A stretch of DNA of 64,000 bases from Octopus vulgaris (GCA_951406725.2 OX597820.1:67146001-67210000), one strand, 5' to 3'. Numbered from the stretch's first letter, positions 16,966-30,509 are shown. Program-made: numbers and translations. The notes: generated by a model not told the origin, from the sequence alone.

Positions 16966-17294
16966 CTAATCTGGGGCTAATTAACAACAACAAACACTAA
17001 CAGCGAGTGAACGTGATTGCTTCATTTGCAAGAAATAGCAACCAAATTTTCCTTAAATTACGTCGGAGGAAGTATGGATGCAATGGCCAGTGGAATAATT
17101 GCTATACAAAGTGGAAAGATAATCATAACGATAGTCACGACTGGAACGCCTTGATCGTAGGTTTGCTCAATCACAGTTGAGCCAAGAAAAAACAATACAA
17201 ACAAGCCAATGCGGATCCCCGTTGTGGTCGTTCGACCAGTAAGAAATAGTAGGCAAATTCATACACGGACTACAACTCATCATGGAAGACCAAC

Positions 17295-18066
17295 TGACCC
17301 TCCGTCGGTTACGACAGAAAGGGTTCCTGTTGATCTGACCAACAGAACAGCCTGCTCGTGAAATTGGCGTGCAAGCAGCTGAGCACTTCATAGACACGCG
17401 GACCCTTAACGTAGTTGTTCTCAGGGAGATTCAGCGCAATTGTGTGCTTCTCTGTACGTTTGTGATCCAATGGATGTATGCGAATGAATTGTGTGCACTG
17501 TTTGTACGTGTGTGTATGTATGTATTATGTATGTATGTATGTATGTATGTATGTATGTATGTATGTATGTATGTATGTATGTATGTATGTATGTATGTAT
17601 GTGTGTTTGTATGTATGTAGGTATGAATGAATGTATATATGTATGTAAGTTTGTATGCATATATGCATGTGTGTATGCATGTATGTATGTATGTATGTAT
17701 GTATGTATGTATGTATGTATGTATGCATGTACGTATGTGTGTATATACGTATATAAGTACTATGTAAGTACGTATGTATGTGTGCATGCCATGTATGTAT
17801 GCATGTATGTATGTATGTATATCTTGAGTAGGACTCTTTATTTCATGTTACTCAAGTCCACTCAAATGGCAAAAATTAGTTGTACTTGTATTTCGAAGGG
17901 CCAGTTTTTCATGTTTTGTGTCTCACTGTATCTCCCTGAGAATTACGTTATGGGTACGCCTAGCTGTGGAGTGCTCAGCCACTTGCACGTTAATTTCACG
18001 AGCAGACTGTTCCATTTAATTTAATCGGATCAACTTGAACCCTCATCGTCGCACTCGACCGAGTGC
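17295..18066. mobile_element. Two partial family C SINEs in opposite orientation around (TATG)n
   Basis: 17295-17436 on minus and 17825-18066 on plus carry complementary CTCCCTGAGAA...CACGAGCAG segments. Confidence 0.7.
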
Positions 18067-18544
18067 CAGAAAATGCGTGTTTGCTCGACCGTGTTTGCGT
18101 TATATTCATGTTTATGTAAAACTGGTGGTGTATAAAAAACCAAATAATAATTAACAAAAACTGTAATTTATCGATAAAATAAGTAAGATCTTGGAGTAAC
18201 TATCGGAATTGATACAACTGAACCTAGCACAAACATAAAAACAAAATGAACACGTACAGAGCTATACGATCGAGCGGTGTTTTAAAAATGTACCGCATGC
18301 TGTGTTGGTAGAAACAAGCAAGAGAACTGACTGTTACAGTTACGGGGGAATCCGTTAATCGTTGCTGTCTAATTATACCTGCATATATACTTGTTAGTGG
18401 AGACTGAGCGGTTACTAAATTAAACATTAGTAATCTATCAATATCACTGTCCTGAACTAGTCACCCATCCATTCCAAGTACATAGTTAGTCACTCAAGCG
18501 ATCAGCACGAGTTCTATGGATCGATTCACATCAAAGTAATACGT

Positions 18545-18593
<49 letters not shown>

Positions 18594-19266
18594 TTATCGT
18601 CTAAATTGTATTTGCTTACATATGTGTATATGTTATTGATTCTGCCTGTGTGAGCGCATGATACTTTAAAGGTCCTGTTACGAATTAGAGCAACGTTTAA
18701 TAACACACCGCTAATTGGATAAACGAAAATCCATCAGGTTACCGATGACCCAAACGTACCATCGATGATAATTAAGTTGATTGGTACGGAGATAATTAGT
18801 GTTACACAATATATGTGCGAACGAATAAATGTGTGTATATACATACATGCATACATATATATGTATCTCTCTCTCTCTCTCTTTCTCTGTATATCAGGTT
18901 ATCCCATAAGTTCTGTCCGATTTTACCTTTTTCTGAAATTGAATGCAATTTAATAGTATTTTAGAATGTCCTATGGAATTAAAAATTATTTTTAGGCATT
19001 TGTGTACATTTAGACTAATTAAATATTATTTTATAGAATAATAGAATTAAAATTTCGGATCTTTTCACTTTGACCGGCAGATTTTTTAAATAATTTCTTT
19101 GAAATAAAACACTTTTAAACTTCATATACTGGTAGAATGTGTTACATAAAACATCTTTTTCTCTTGGATTTCTTGAGAAAATTCTGTAGTTTGTAAGCTA
19201 TTTCTTGTTAAATTTCTTGCGTTTCGGCAATTTCAACCAATCAATGACGTCTATTGAGGTGAATAC

Positions 19267-19297
<31 letters not shown>

Positions 19298-19329
19298 TAG
19301 GTGCAGGAGTGGTTATGTAGCAATATTTT

Positions 19330-20390
19330 AATTTGTTAATTTTTCTGTTAGTTCTTTTTATTTTTCTGATAATCGTTTTTCTGTTTTGATGAAGTCTGCA
19401 CTTAGTTTTCTTCACAATTCTTAGTGGGGTGTGTTTTGCACATGTTTATGACAGTGTCTACAAAGATCTTCCAAGATATTTTGATGCTGAAGACGGTGTG
19501 TGCATGTGTGAAAGACCAATCAACATGTGATAGCTCGTTTATGATTGCATCCCAGTCGGCATCATAGAGACTCATGGTATAAAATGGGTTGGGTTGGAGA
19601 GAGGTCACTAGGGTTAGCTTTCGGCTAGTGGAATCTCAAGTTACAAAGAACTATGTCATGGTCTGAAAGAAGGGCTTTTTTTCCACTGTAATATTATGTA
19701 TAGTGTTAGTGTGGCTACTAAACATTAGGTCAAATATATTCTGATATCTTGTTGGTGCAAGGACAAGTTGGGACAAGAAAAACTCATTCTTAAAGTCAAG
19801 AAGTGACTTTACTGCTTCTTTGTCGGCGATTGAGGTGGGAGTGTCTAGTTTCAAACTGTTTGTAGACCAATCAACACAGGGTAGATTGAAATCTTCCATC
19901 ATAACTATGTTAGTAGAATGGAACTTTTGTGTAAAGCACTTAATGCTGTTGAGGCATTCTTTAAAGCGCAGTACGGGTGTTTGAGGTGGCCTATAGAGCC
20001 CAACTACTATCAGGTCATTGGTTTTGTTGTGACCGATTCACTGTAGCCATTGGAGAATGTGATATTTCCATGTGCCGAAAAGGAATCATGCAGGAAAATG
20101 GCAGTTCCAGCCTTCCTTCTGTCGACTCGATCCGCGCGGAGTTGTCAAGGTGGATCTCGATAAGAATGAAGAAAGGGATGTTTTGTGCGTTGATGGAGGG
20201 ACTGACACCTTGTGCATTGAGTAGGAACGTAGAGGCCAGCGTAGTGGCAGGTTTTGACTATTGCAGGGGGCTTTTTTCTGACTGTGTGTTAGTGACAGCA
20301 ATGTGGTGGGGTGGGTGCACCGGAGTAATAGCATAGGAGGTAGTGAGTGACTGCTAAAAGGTCTTTTGTGTCTCTTTTGTCAGGTTCAAA
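19330..20390 (-). mobile_element. Decayed CR1/L2-type LINE, APE endonuclease region
   Basis: EDFNLPCVDW...FLSQLVLAPTRYQNIFDLMF matches the GDFNLP..DW...L.Q.V..PTR..N.LDL pattern; the linker YDADWDAIINELSHVDWS follows. Confidence 0.8.
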
Positions 20391-20403
20391 TATACATACA
20401 TAC

Positions 20404-20451
<48 letters not shown>

Positions 20452-20653
20452 AGTAGTTGAAAGAATTATCTTATTAAGGATAATTCGAATTAACCGATAC
20501 CTGGGTAACAAATTCACATCAGAAAAAACACGGTTGAAGTTACGTGCCTAGGGCATAGATTACGTGCTTACGTGTGGAAATTTGTATGTTTATTTTAAAA
20601 ATATAAATATATGAAAGAATGGAGCTGAACGACGAATTAATAAAATTCCTTTA

Positions 20654-20736
20654 TTTTCGACATATGTTTCGAAGGCTGCATATTCCTAATTGCGAAGGAA
20701 TAAGGAGTACATTATGCCGCTTTCTCATCAGGAAAA
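20654..20736 (-). ncRNA. Type-I hammerhead ribozyme motif, canonical core
   Basis: Mirror image of 21129-21211. Confidence 0.8.
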
Positions 20737-21128
20737 GCAAGGAACTTATGTCAACATCAAAATGCACAAAAAACTTTTAGATGATTGCTCACACGGAGCC
20801 CATAGCGATAATGTGTGTCTCTTTAAAATATTCCTTTAAAAGGAGTGACCTTAAAATGGTTGGATGTAGGAGATTCTAGAAGGTTCTAAAGGTTCAAACG
20901 AAATTGGAGGAGAGAGGCATAAGAATAGGAAGATGAAAGGGTGCAGGTCATATGAATGATGGATTTTGTTAATTTCTTTTGTGAATGAGTGCCTGTGTGT
21001 GTGACTGTATATAACTGCATTAATGTGTGTGTTTGTGTATGTGTAGACACTTATTATCGCTATGGGCTCCGTGTGAGCAATCATCTAAAAGTTTTTTGTG
21101 CATTTTGATGTTGACATAAGTTCCTTGC

Positions 21129-21211
21129 TTTTCCTGATGAGAAAGCGGCATAATGTACTCCTTATTCCTTCGCAATTAGGAATATGCAGCCTTCGAAACA
21201 TATGTCGAAAA
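21129..21211 (+). ncRNA. Type-I hammerhead ribozyme motif, canonical core
   Basis: ttttc-CTGATGA-gaaagcggcata...tatgcagccttc-GAAAC-ATAT-GTC-gaaaa. Stem I is 5 bp, stem II is long, helix III is palindromic and the cleavage triplet is GUC. Confidence 0.82.
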
Positions 21212-21260
21212 TAAAGGAATTTTGTTAATTCGTCGTTCAGCTCCATTTTTTCATATATTT

Positions 21261-21313
<53 letters not shown>

Positions 21314-21387
21314 CATATGAAGATGAAATATATAAAATATGATATATAACATACATATACATATAAAGATGTACATACATATATATG

Positions 21388-21441
<54 letters not shown>

Positions 21442-21496
21442 TACAAAGTTATATTCATTTTTACATACAAGTTAATATTTATACATAAATGTGTGA

Positions 21497-21541
<45 letters not shown>

Positions 21542-22352
21542 CATACATATACATATGTATACACACACACAGAGTTATATTTATGTTTACATACATATAT
21601 GTGTGCGTGTGTGTCTTTGTGTGTATGTTTGTGTGTGTCTGTGCGTGTGTTTACATTTCCAAGTTGATTATTCCTTAGGTTATTGATATTTTCTCTTTTA
21701 TGTATTTGCCACGTATGTTTCCGACTACGTTCAATAAATTCTGTTCAATACGTTTAGATCACTGGTTGATTTCAATGTTTTATGGTTTTTCAGTTCTATA
21801 GTTCTTGGGATACCAATATCCGTTTTGATGATATTTCTCTTTCTATATTTCATTTTTCTAATCCTCTCGGATTCTTAGCGATAGATATGTAACTATTTAT
21901 GTTTAAGATTTGATGTTCGCAGTTTTTTGTTTTAGATATCAACAAGCAGGTGTAGAAAAAATGGACATGCTACAATAATGTTTTACTCTTGCTTCTTGTC
22001 TCAATTTCCAGGCAGAGTCTATGTTTTTAACGCTGTTGACGCCAAGAGATTAGTTGGTGCTGCCTAGGTGTCGAAATCGTAATGATCTCCGTTCAGCAGT
22101 TGAGGTCGGGATCTATTTGTTTGACGCGATTGTTGACTGTGGACCTTTTGTATTTTGTGTAAAGTTTTCCAACTGAAATTCTAAGTTTTGTAAGATTAGA
22201 CTTGCTCACAGTTTTTGGTTTCTTGGTTTATAGTGGTTTTGTTGTATATTTTATACCAAACATTGTTATTGCGTTAATGTTCTTCACTAGAATTTAATTC
22301 TGGTTAGGCTAATTCTTGTTTAAAGATTTGTAGTTGATTGAGGTTTTATTGC

Positions 22353-22422
<70 letters not shown>

Positions 22423-22494
22423 ATGTATGTATGTATGTATGTATGTATGTATATGCATGTATATGTGTGTGTATGTATATACATATATATTCTG

Positions 22495-22574
22495 TTACTT
22501 ATTTCAGTCAGTTGACTGCGGCCGTGCTGGAGCAGCGCCTTTTAGTCGAGCAAACTGACCCCAGTCATACACAA

Positions 22575-22634
<60 letters not shown>

Positions 22635-22780
22635 GACGGGCGTCTTTCACTTTACCATATCCACTCACAAGGCTTTGGTCAGTAGAAGACACTTGCCCAA
22701 GGTGCCACGCAGTGGGACTGAACCCGGAACCATGTGGTTGGTAAGCAAGCTACTTACCACGCAGCCACCCCTACGCCTAT
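22495..22780 (-). mobile_element. SINE family B, internally deleted
   Basis: Head and tail motifs as at 8381-8772. Confidence 0.8.
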
Positions 22781-22789
22781 ATATGCATA

Positions 22790-22967
22790 TTAAATTTCCC
22801 GTCCGCAAAGGCTTTAATTTTATGGCGTTTCGTCAGATCCCAAAAATCTCTTGGCCCATGACCACTTAAACATTTTTTAAAGATTTTTTAAGAGGTCATG
22901 GGCCAACAGACTTTTGGGATCTGACGATACGCCGTAAAGCTAAAACCTTTATTGACGGGAAACCTAA
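22790..22967. repeat. Imperfect hairpin, MITE-like, ~80-bp arms
   Basis: TTTCCCGTC...CGTCAGATCCCAAAA...TTGGCCCATGACC pairs with GGTCATGGGCCAA...TTTTGGGATCTGACG...GACGGGAAA. Confidence 0.8.
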
Positions 22968-23058
22968 AGTAATCCCATAAACCGGCCTTCCCCATTTTTA
23001 ATATATACTGTTCTACATCTTATAGTGTACTCCTTCTTTCGGATTTATGTTCTTTACA

Positions 23059-23139
<81 letters not shown>

Positions 23140-23145
<6 letters not shown>

Positions 23146-23480
23146 CGTCATCGTGGCACTCCGTCTGTTACGACAACGAGGGCTCCAGTTGATCCTATCC
23201 ACAGAACAGCCTGCTCGTGAAATTAACGTGCAAGTGGCTGAGCACTCCACAGGCCCGTGTACCCTTAACGTAGTTGTCGGGGAGATTCAGCGTGACACAG
23301 AGTGTGTGACAAGGCTGGCCCTTTCAAGTACAGGTACAGCAGAAACAGGAAGAAAATATGAGAGAAAGTTGCGATGAAAGAGTATAGCAGGGTTCGCCAC
23401 CCACTGCCGGAGCTTTAAGTGTTTTCGCTCAAAAAACACTCACAACGACCGGTCTGCGAATCGAAACCGCGATCCTGGGC
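23140..23480 (-). mobile_element. SINE family C
   Basis: Shares the ACAGAACAGCCTGCTCGTGAAATTAACGTGCAAGTGGCTGAGCAC body with other copies. Confidence 0.75.
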
Positions 23481-23495
23481 CATTGCCCCCCTTCC

Positions 23496-23556
<61 letters not shown>

Positions 23557-23559
23557 CAT

Positions 23560-24440
23560 CAACAATATTAATAACAAAGATTATCACGAAGTTGCATAGC
23601 ATTGCCTTTAATTCTTTTAATATATATGCCCTTTCACATAGACCGACACGTGTTTCAATTGCACCGATTAGTAACCGTTGCAATTGCAACCCTCCTATAA
23701 TACCGGTGCAGTTTCTTTGGGGTCTTTACTTAATATCATTCGATTTAACTGTTTAAAGTTTATCGTTAATCTATTCTACGTTGTATGATGTAGAGTTGTC
23801 CGTTAAGTTAGATGCGAACAATCTCCATTTCAAGTTTTGATTGGATAATCACTCATAACCCATTATTTCAAGCCATTCTGTTGTTTGAATGTTTATCATT
23901 CATTTATACTTGGCAAATGTGAATTTCCTCATGTGCAAGCATTCCAAAATTTGTTCCTGTCTAGAATTTATCACATTACCCTTGGATGTAAAAATCCGGT
24001 AAAATTCTTCTAAACACAAGTCACATTTTTTTGTTCCATGTCTATGGGTTTGCAGTACAAATTAATTCCCAGTTGATAGTATAGTCTTTGTTTCTGTCCT
24101 TAATAGACCAGATTAGTTTGATAAGACTTGTTTAGAATCTTTTATTTTTATCTCTAAATGATCTCATGATTTACCAGTCTCCTCTTGAATATTAATGATG
24201 TTTCAACGATGTAAAAGTATTCATTACCCTCAATGTAACTTTACACCTGTATATTCCGTTTCTAATCTTACACTTATTTTTCATATAAGAGGATTCCTGT
24301 TTAGAGCAATTGCAAAGATAATCTTTTATAATTCTCTCAGATTTAGTTTTAATTTGATCATTCATTGGAGAATCAAATCCATTTCCACCAAGTTCTTTGT
24401 TACTATTTACTCCCTTAGACAATGTTATCTGTTCTAATTC
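23560..24440 (-). mobile_element. Penelope-like element 3' fragment: GIY-YIG region and terminal repeat with decayed HHR (23641-23724)
   Basis: LCNCSKQES...KCKIRNGIYRCKV (Cys motif preceding GIY-YIG), FKRRLVNH and IWSIK relics. HHR relic gacc-CCAAAGA-aactgcaccg..cggtgcaatt-GAAAC-ACGT-GTC-ggtc. Confidence 0.72.
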
Positions 24441-24591
24441 TTGCTATTCCTATCTATCTGTATTTCTAACTATCTATCTATCTATTTATCTATCTGTCTC
24501 TCTGTCTGTCTGTCTGTCTGTCTGTCTACGTAAACACGCACGCACACACACACACGCGCACACATAAATACATACATAGATACATTGATAC

Positions 24592-24756
<165 letters not shown>

Positions 24757-24852
24757 TAATATCTGGGTAATAAAGATTAAAAAATTTTTATAACCTGTGG
24801 CCTAGCGTGTAGAAAAATTAGTCAACAGACTATATATTATTCATATAAATAG

Positions 24853-25015
24853 TGTACATTTAAACACATAAGAGGTAGCCGTCATAGGATTCCTTTCACA
24901 CTTGAAGGAACATTCTCTTCGAGTTTTTATCCCTAATAGTGGTTTGGACTTTAGCTGTTCCTTCTTGCGTGAAAGGAATCCTATGACGGATACCTCTTAT
25001 GTGTTTAAATGTACA
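24853..25015. repeat. Inverted repeat, ~60-bp arms
   Basis: TGTACATTTAAACACATAAGAGGTAGCCGTCATAGGATTCCTTTCAC is followed by its near-exact reverse complement. Confidence 0.9.
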
Positions 25016-25037
25016 GTGTATTTATATATATATATAC

Positions 25038-25079
<42 letters not shown>

Positions 25080-25082
25080 AAT

Positions 25083-25223
25083 TTCAACATGGCTGTTCTG
25101 TACAAACCGACGTTACTACCATTTTTAACCCTAAGAAAACGTATTCGATAACCAGCTAGAGGAGGTTATCTTGGGGTTAAAAAATGGTAGTAACGTCGAT
25201 TCGTACGGAACAGCCATGTTGAA
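25083..25223. repeat. Inverted repeat, ~55-bp arms
   Basis: TTCAACATGGCTGTTC...TACCATTTTTAACCC pairs with GGGTTAAAAAATGGTA...GAACAGCCATGTTGAA. Confidence 0.9.
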
Positions 25224-25552
25224 GTGGCGACAAACATTACTTCTCAGTATAGTTACTACTTTCTTCTCTTACAGAGATTTTCTTGGCAGAAGCGGACCTT
25301 AGCTATCACTCCGCTGCGCGAATGCTCGCGGATGCTCGTGGGCCAAACAGATCGAAACTGGTTGGTCCTGCGATCCTTTCGGCTGCTAGGGGATTGTAGG
25401 GGTTCGCTTCCCCTGCCAGTGATAAATTGTATATAAAGGGTGCAGAGCTTGCACCGAAAACCAGCTAGCGGAGAATCCGCCTGAGGTTAAAATAGTAGTA
25501 CCATTCATCTGCCACTTTGATGTGGCTACTCACTTTACTGTGTATTTATATA

Positions 25553-25980
25553 TAGGAGTAGGAGTGGCTGTGTGGTAAGTAGCTTGCTTACCAACCACAT
25601 GCTTCCGGGTTCAGTCCCACTGCGTGCCACGTTGGGCAAGTATCTTCTACTATAGCCTCGGGCCGACCAAAGCCTTGGGAGTGGATTTTGTAGACGGAAA
25701 CTGAAAGAAGCCCGTCGTATATATGTATAAATATATATATGCGTGTGTGTATATGTTTGTGTGTCTGTGTTTGTACCCCACCAACATCACTTGACAACCA
25801 TGCTGGTGGTGTGTTTACGTCCCCGTAAATTAGCTGTTCGGCAAAAGAGACCGATATAATAAGTACTAGGCTTACAAAGAATAAGTCCTGGGATCGATTT
25901 GCTAGAGTAAAGGCGATGCTCCAGCATGGGCGCAGTCAAATGACTGAAACAAGTAAAAGAGTAAAAGAGAAAAAAAGAGT
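25553..25980 (+). mobile_element. SINE family B, full length
   Basis: Complete head, CORE-like segment, internal microsatellite and AGTAAAAG tail. Confidence 0.9.
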
Positions 25981-26012
25981 ATATATATATATATTATAGA
26001 TATAGATATATA

Positions 26013-26067
<55 letters not shown>

Positions 26068-26850
26068 TTGTGCATATGCGAGACCATCAAAACCGAACGG
26101 TGTATTGTAGTGTTTATTTATGTCGTTTTGATATACTTAGTAACATTGTTAAACAAGAAAAGGAACTGATTTTTATCAGTAGGAAGGACATACATGATTG
26201 ATATGCGTTTGGAATGACAAAGTAGTTTGCGGATATCGTGCGGATGTAGGCGGGTGTGTGTGAAAATGAATGGAAGGATAGGGCAGTGTAAAATGTGATG
26301 TGGACGGATGACGATCGTAAATGATGTGTGACCGTAGTATTATTGACAAAGCCCTCGTGTTTGTTTAGTTTGAATTGCCGAACGAAAGCCATTCCTCATT
26401 TCACGCGCGAAGTGTATCGTCTGCTTCTGTGCGCAGCCATTCGGACAGTTTGTTTTAAATACAAAACAACGAAAGGTATTTCTACTCAGACTAGCAAGTA
26501 ATAGCAGTCAAATCTTTCTTAATCCATACTCTTCTGTTGTTTTGAGAAAGCAGAGTACATTGAGTCATGAAGGCCATAGATGTACATTGTTTGCAAAATG
26601 ATATGATGATCACAGCTGCAATGATTTTGAATTTAAATATAAGCCTGCTGGGTCATGGCTGATCTGTGGTAAATAACCATATTGAACGCGTACGATGCAA
26701 AGCAACGAAGGAGTGTCGTTGTGGTCGCTCGATCTGTTACAAATAACTATGAAATCTTTCTTTCGAAAACCGAAATAGGCATTGATAATGAATTCCTGGA
26801 TATCCTATCTGAAAATGCAGGCCTAGAATCGTAATGAATAAATAGTAATA

Positions 26851-26936
<86 letters not shown>

Positions 26937-26939
<3 letters not shown>

Positions 26940-28048
26940 CAGTAACAAAATATGCAAAGGAATATCTAAGTGAATTCCGAATACAACAAATTCCAGAATT
27001 AAACATACAAGAAACAAGCACAGAAAAAGCTAAGCGCATGAAAACCCGTGCTAAAACTGCTGCCTTAGATATTCTGAATGATAAATGGCAAGAAAAACCT
27101 CTCAATGGCAAATACCCAAAGAGAGTGAATAATGCAGATATTGACAAAGCCCTGACCCATCAATGGCTAATGGCTAATGGCCTCTGGCTTAAAATCTAAA
27201 ACAGAAGGGTTTATCATAGCAGTTCAAGATCAATGCCTACCTATAAGGAACTACCAGGCCAACATATTAAAGAACGACAGTAGCCCAACATGTCGTGTAT
27301 GTCAACAACAAAATGAAACCATTGATCATGTTGTCTCCAAGTGCAGTCTTCTTGCGCTTACAGAGTATCTCAACAGGCATGATAGAGCTGCACAATATAT
27401 TCACTGGGTAATTTCCAGAAGCCTGGACTTGGCCCATGATAAAAACTGGTGGGAACACAAACCACCTCCAGTGCTTGAAAATGACCACATCTCACGCCTC
27501 TGGAACTTCACCATTCAAACTGACAGAAAGATAGACGCGAATAGGCCAGACATCATAGTAAAAGACTTCAGACAAAAAAACATGCCTCCTCATTGATATG
27601 ACTGTTCCAATCGATATAAACGTATCTGTCAAGACCTACCAGAAACTGAGCAAATATAAAGATCTGGAAATAGAAATCAGCAAAATGTGGAACCCGAAGA
27701 CTAAAACAATACCCGTTGTCATAGGTGCCCTGGGAATGATAGCAAAAGGGGCTGATTGCTACCTAACTCAGATATCAGGAAACCCTAAAATGGCAGCAAT
27801 TCAAAAGATAGTGTTCATGGGAACTGCTCATATCCTACGCAAAATACTTTCTATGTAATCTCAAGTTTTAAAACAAATAATTTTCGTATGGGTTTTTTAG
27901 ACATTCACTAGTATAGCACTAAGTACAAAACCAAATATATGGCACCCTAGGCATAACACCAACATGAACTTCCAACTTGTTGTCTCTTGAGGTCTCTAGA
28001 TGAGACTTGGAGCCAGCTTGTGTAAATGTAAAGCAAAAGTCAAACATA

Positions 28049-28050
<2 letters not shown>
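26937..28050 (+). mobile_element. 5'-truncated R4/Dong-like non-LTR retrotransposon inserted in (TAA)n
   Basis: TEGFIIAVQDQ, CCHC motif CRVC..ETIDHVVSKC, RHD, RLE motif NRPDII..IDMTVP, K..KYKDL and PVVIGALG. (TAA)n lies on both sides, as known for Dong-type elements. Confidence 0.92.
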
Positions 28051-28109
<59 letters not shown>

Positions 28110-28312
28110 CCTTCCTTTCTACTATAGGCACAAGGCTTGGATTTTTGTAGGAAGGGGGAAAATCGATCCCATCGACCCCAGTACCTGACTAGTACTTAAT
28201 TTATCGACCCTGAGAAGATGAAAGGCGAAGTCGACCTCGGCGGGATTTGAACTCAAACGAAATATCGCTAAGCATTTTGCCCGGCGTGCTGACGATTCTG
28301 CCAGCTCGTCGC
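28110..28312 (-). mobile_element. SINE family A
   Basis: Reverse complement of the family A consensus. Confidence 0.8.
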
Positions 28313-28463
28313 CACTGAGAGAGATTAGACTTGAAATTCGCATTGTCAACCTGCAGAAAAGTACAATTCTATATCCCGCAAGAATCCCAAGAAAGATTCT
28401 TGCAGGATATAAAGAGACTCGTTACTAAACCTTAGGATATAATCCCTACCAACCAAATTAGCA

Positions 28464-28693
<230 letters not shown>

Positions 28694-29245
28694 AATGCCA
28701 TGATGCAGTACCAGGCACTGGCTCTCATGGCTTCTGAACTTAACTGATTGGAAGTGTTATCATGTACATGTTTTTTCTTGATATAAAAGATGGACTACAG
28801 CAAATATTCTGCTCAATACTACAGATTTGCTTGTCAGTTGTTTTACCTTAACCATTTGAGCATGTCCCTTAGTGGCTGACGATATGTGCATCTCTGATCA
28901 CGAGCAGAACTAGTTGGGGAGCATCATAGCAATGTTTTGAGAGGAATTCTTTGAGGTTTGAATAATTCACCCCTGGAAAGATAGGTGTTTCGTTCATCAT
29001 CCTTAAACAACCCTTATTCAGGGACCTTTTGAGTAGCATGGGCTACTCGACCTGAAGAAAATTCTAACTGCACCCCACCTGCAAGGTCATACGCTGTTTA
29101 TCTTGATATGAGATCACAATGTCGTGCACATATAGTTGTGATGCATGTGCCTAGTGTACCATTATCAGACAGATAGTCATGATGGGCATACTGAGTTTCG
29201 TATCAAAGGGTCACTTTGATGGCATGCACTGCTCTCTCACTTAAT
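28694..29245. mobile_element. Unclassified interspersed-repeat-like segment between trinucleotide tracts
   Basis: Bounded by (GAA)n and (TAA)n/(CAA)n, like microsatellite-targeting LINE fragments. No recognisable ORF. Confidence 0.35.
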
Positions 29246-30301
29246 AATAATAACAACAACAACAACAACAACAACTGTATTATACTTTACCCGCCATCAG
29301 GTGGTTTAATACCATAACGTGGACTTTGAGTGTTATTTGCAAAGTCCACTCTGCTCAAAGCGTCGGGGAGAAGCTTAAGATGAGTTATACGTGCTGCCTT
29401 TCTTCCTCCGACTAAGTCATGTAAATATATACACCCTCGTTTATCACTGATTCTCTTAGCACTGATCCGGGATAACACGGTACGCTCAGTTGTGAATCAT
29501 GTAACGCTTATTACAGAGTGATCTGTAATAACACAGGTTGGCGATCAGTCGATTATTCTGCATGTACTGCAGCGACTACCCACATTGTTCAGCTACCCCG
29601 AATGTTCTGACTATCGCTTATGTTTGCATGACCGTACTACAAGGCGGCGTATTTTACCCATTGACATGGGACTATTGAAAAGGGAAAAAATATGAAGGCG
29701 GCTGATCCTAACAAACGATGCAGACGAATGTATCTATACAGGAGATCAAGAGAATACGTGATCGAGAAAACATAAGTTCGGCATCAATGAATCTAGCATG
29801 ATCCATTTATCAGACTTTTTAAAAACCAAACCCCTCGCCGTGTTAAACGAGGATAGATGTGCAACAAACGAGAGATCATCTATGCACACATTTGACCAAT
29901 TTGAAATAGCAGTCGAGTTTTCCTCAAATGACATTCTACATTTTAAAAACGATACAAAAAAAAACTAATTGGTTTTATACATAAGTTCACGCGGTCCCAG
30001 GTATAACATAATACGTGAGTGAGAAACAAAATAAAACTTTGGGGTATAAATGCATTACATCCTGATATTCAGGCTTCCACTGTTAGAGCAAGCCTGGGGT
30101 TTAAACAATTGCTACAATAGTAACGATGACAAAAAGAAAGAGACTCTACGAGTTCTATCAGAGCCATAAACAATAAAAACTGCAACAACCAAAAAGAGAC
30201 AAAATCAATCGCTAGATCGATAATTATATGATTAGTAGTTTCGTGAAAGATTGTGTGCTTACACGTTCACTTTTTTATTGGTTGAATAATTTCAAATGAA
30301 T

Positions 30302-30509
30302 TTTCTTCTTCTTCTTCTTCTTCTTCTTCTTCTTCTTCTTCTTCTTCTTCTTCTTCTTCTTCTTCTTCTTCTTCTTCTTCTTCTTCTTCTTCTTCTTCTT
30401 CTCCTCCTTCTTCTTCTTCTTCTTCTTCTTCTTCTTCTTCTTCTTCTTCTTCTTCTTCTTCTTCTTCTTCTTCTCCTCCTCCTCCTCCTTCTTCTTCTTC
30501 TTCTTCTTC

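Larger units (their letters stand above)
20599..21266. mobile_element. Penelope-like inverted terminal-repeat pair (arms 20599-20820 and 21045-21266), each arm with an HHR
   Basis: About 220-bp near-identical inverted arms around a ~225-bp spacer; the right end abuts (TA)n. Confidence 0.85.

Noticed and set aside
25262-25440. Possible splice acceptor (CTTCTCTTACAG) before a GC-richer segment
   Set aside because: No recognisable peptide or convincing donor; more likely a repeat fragment.
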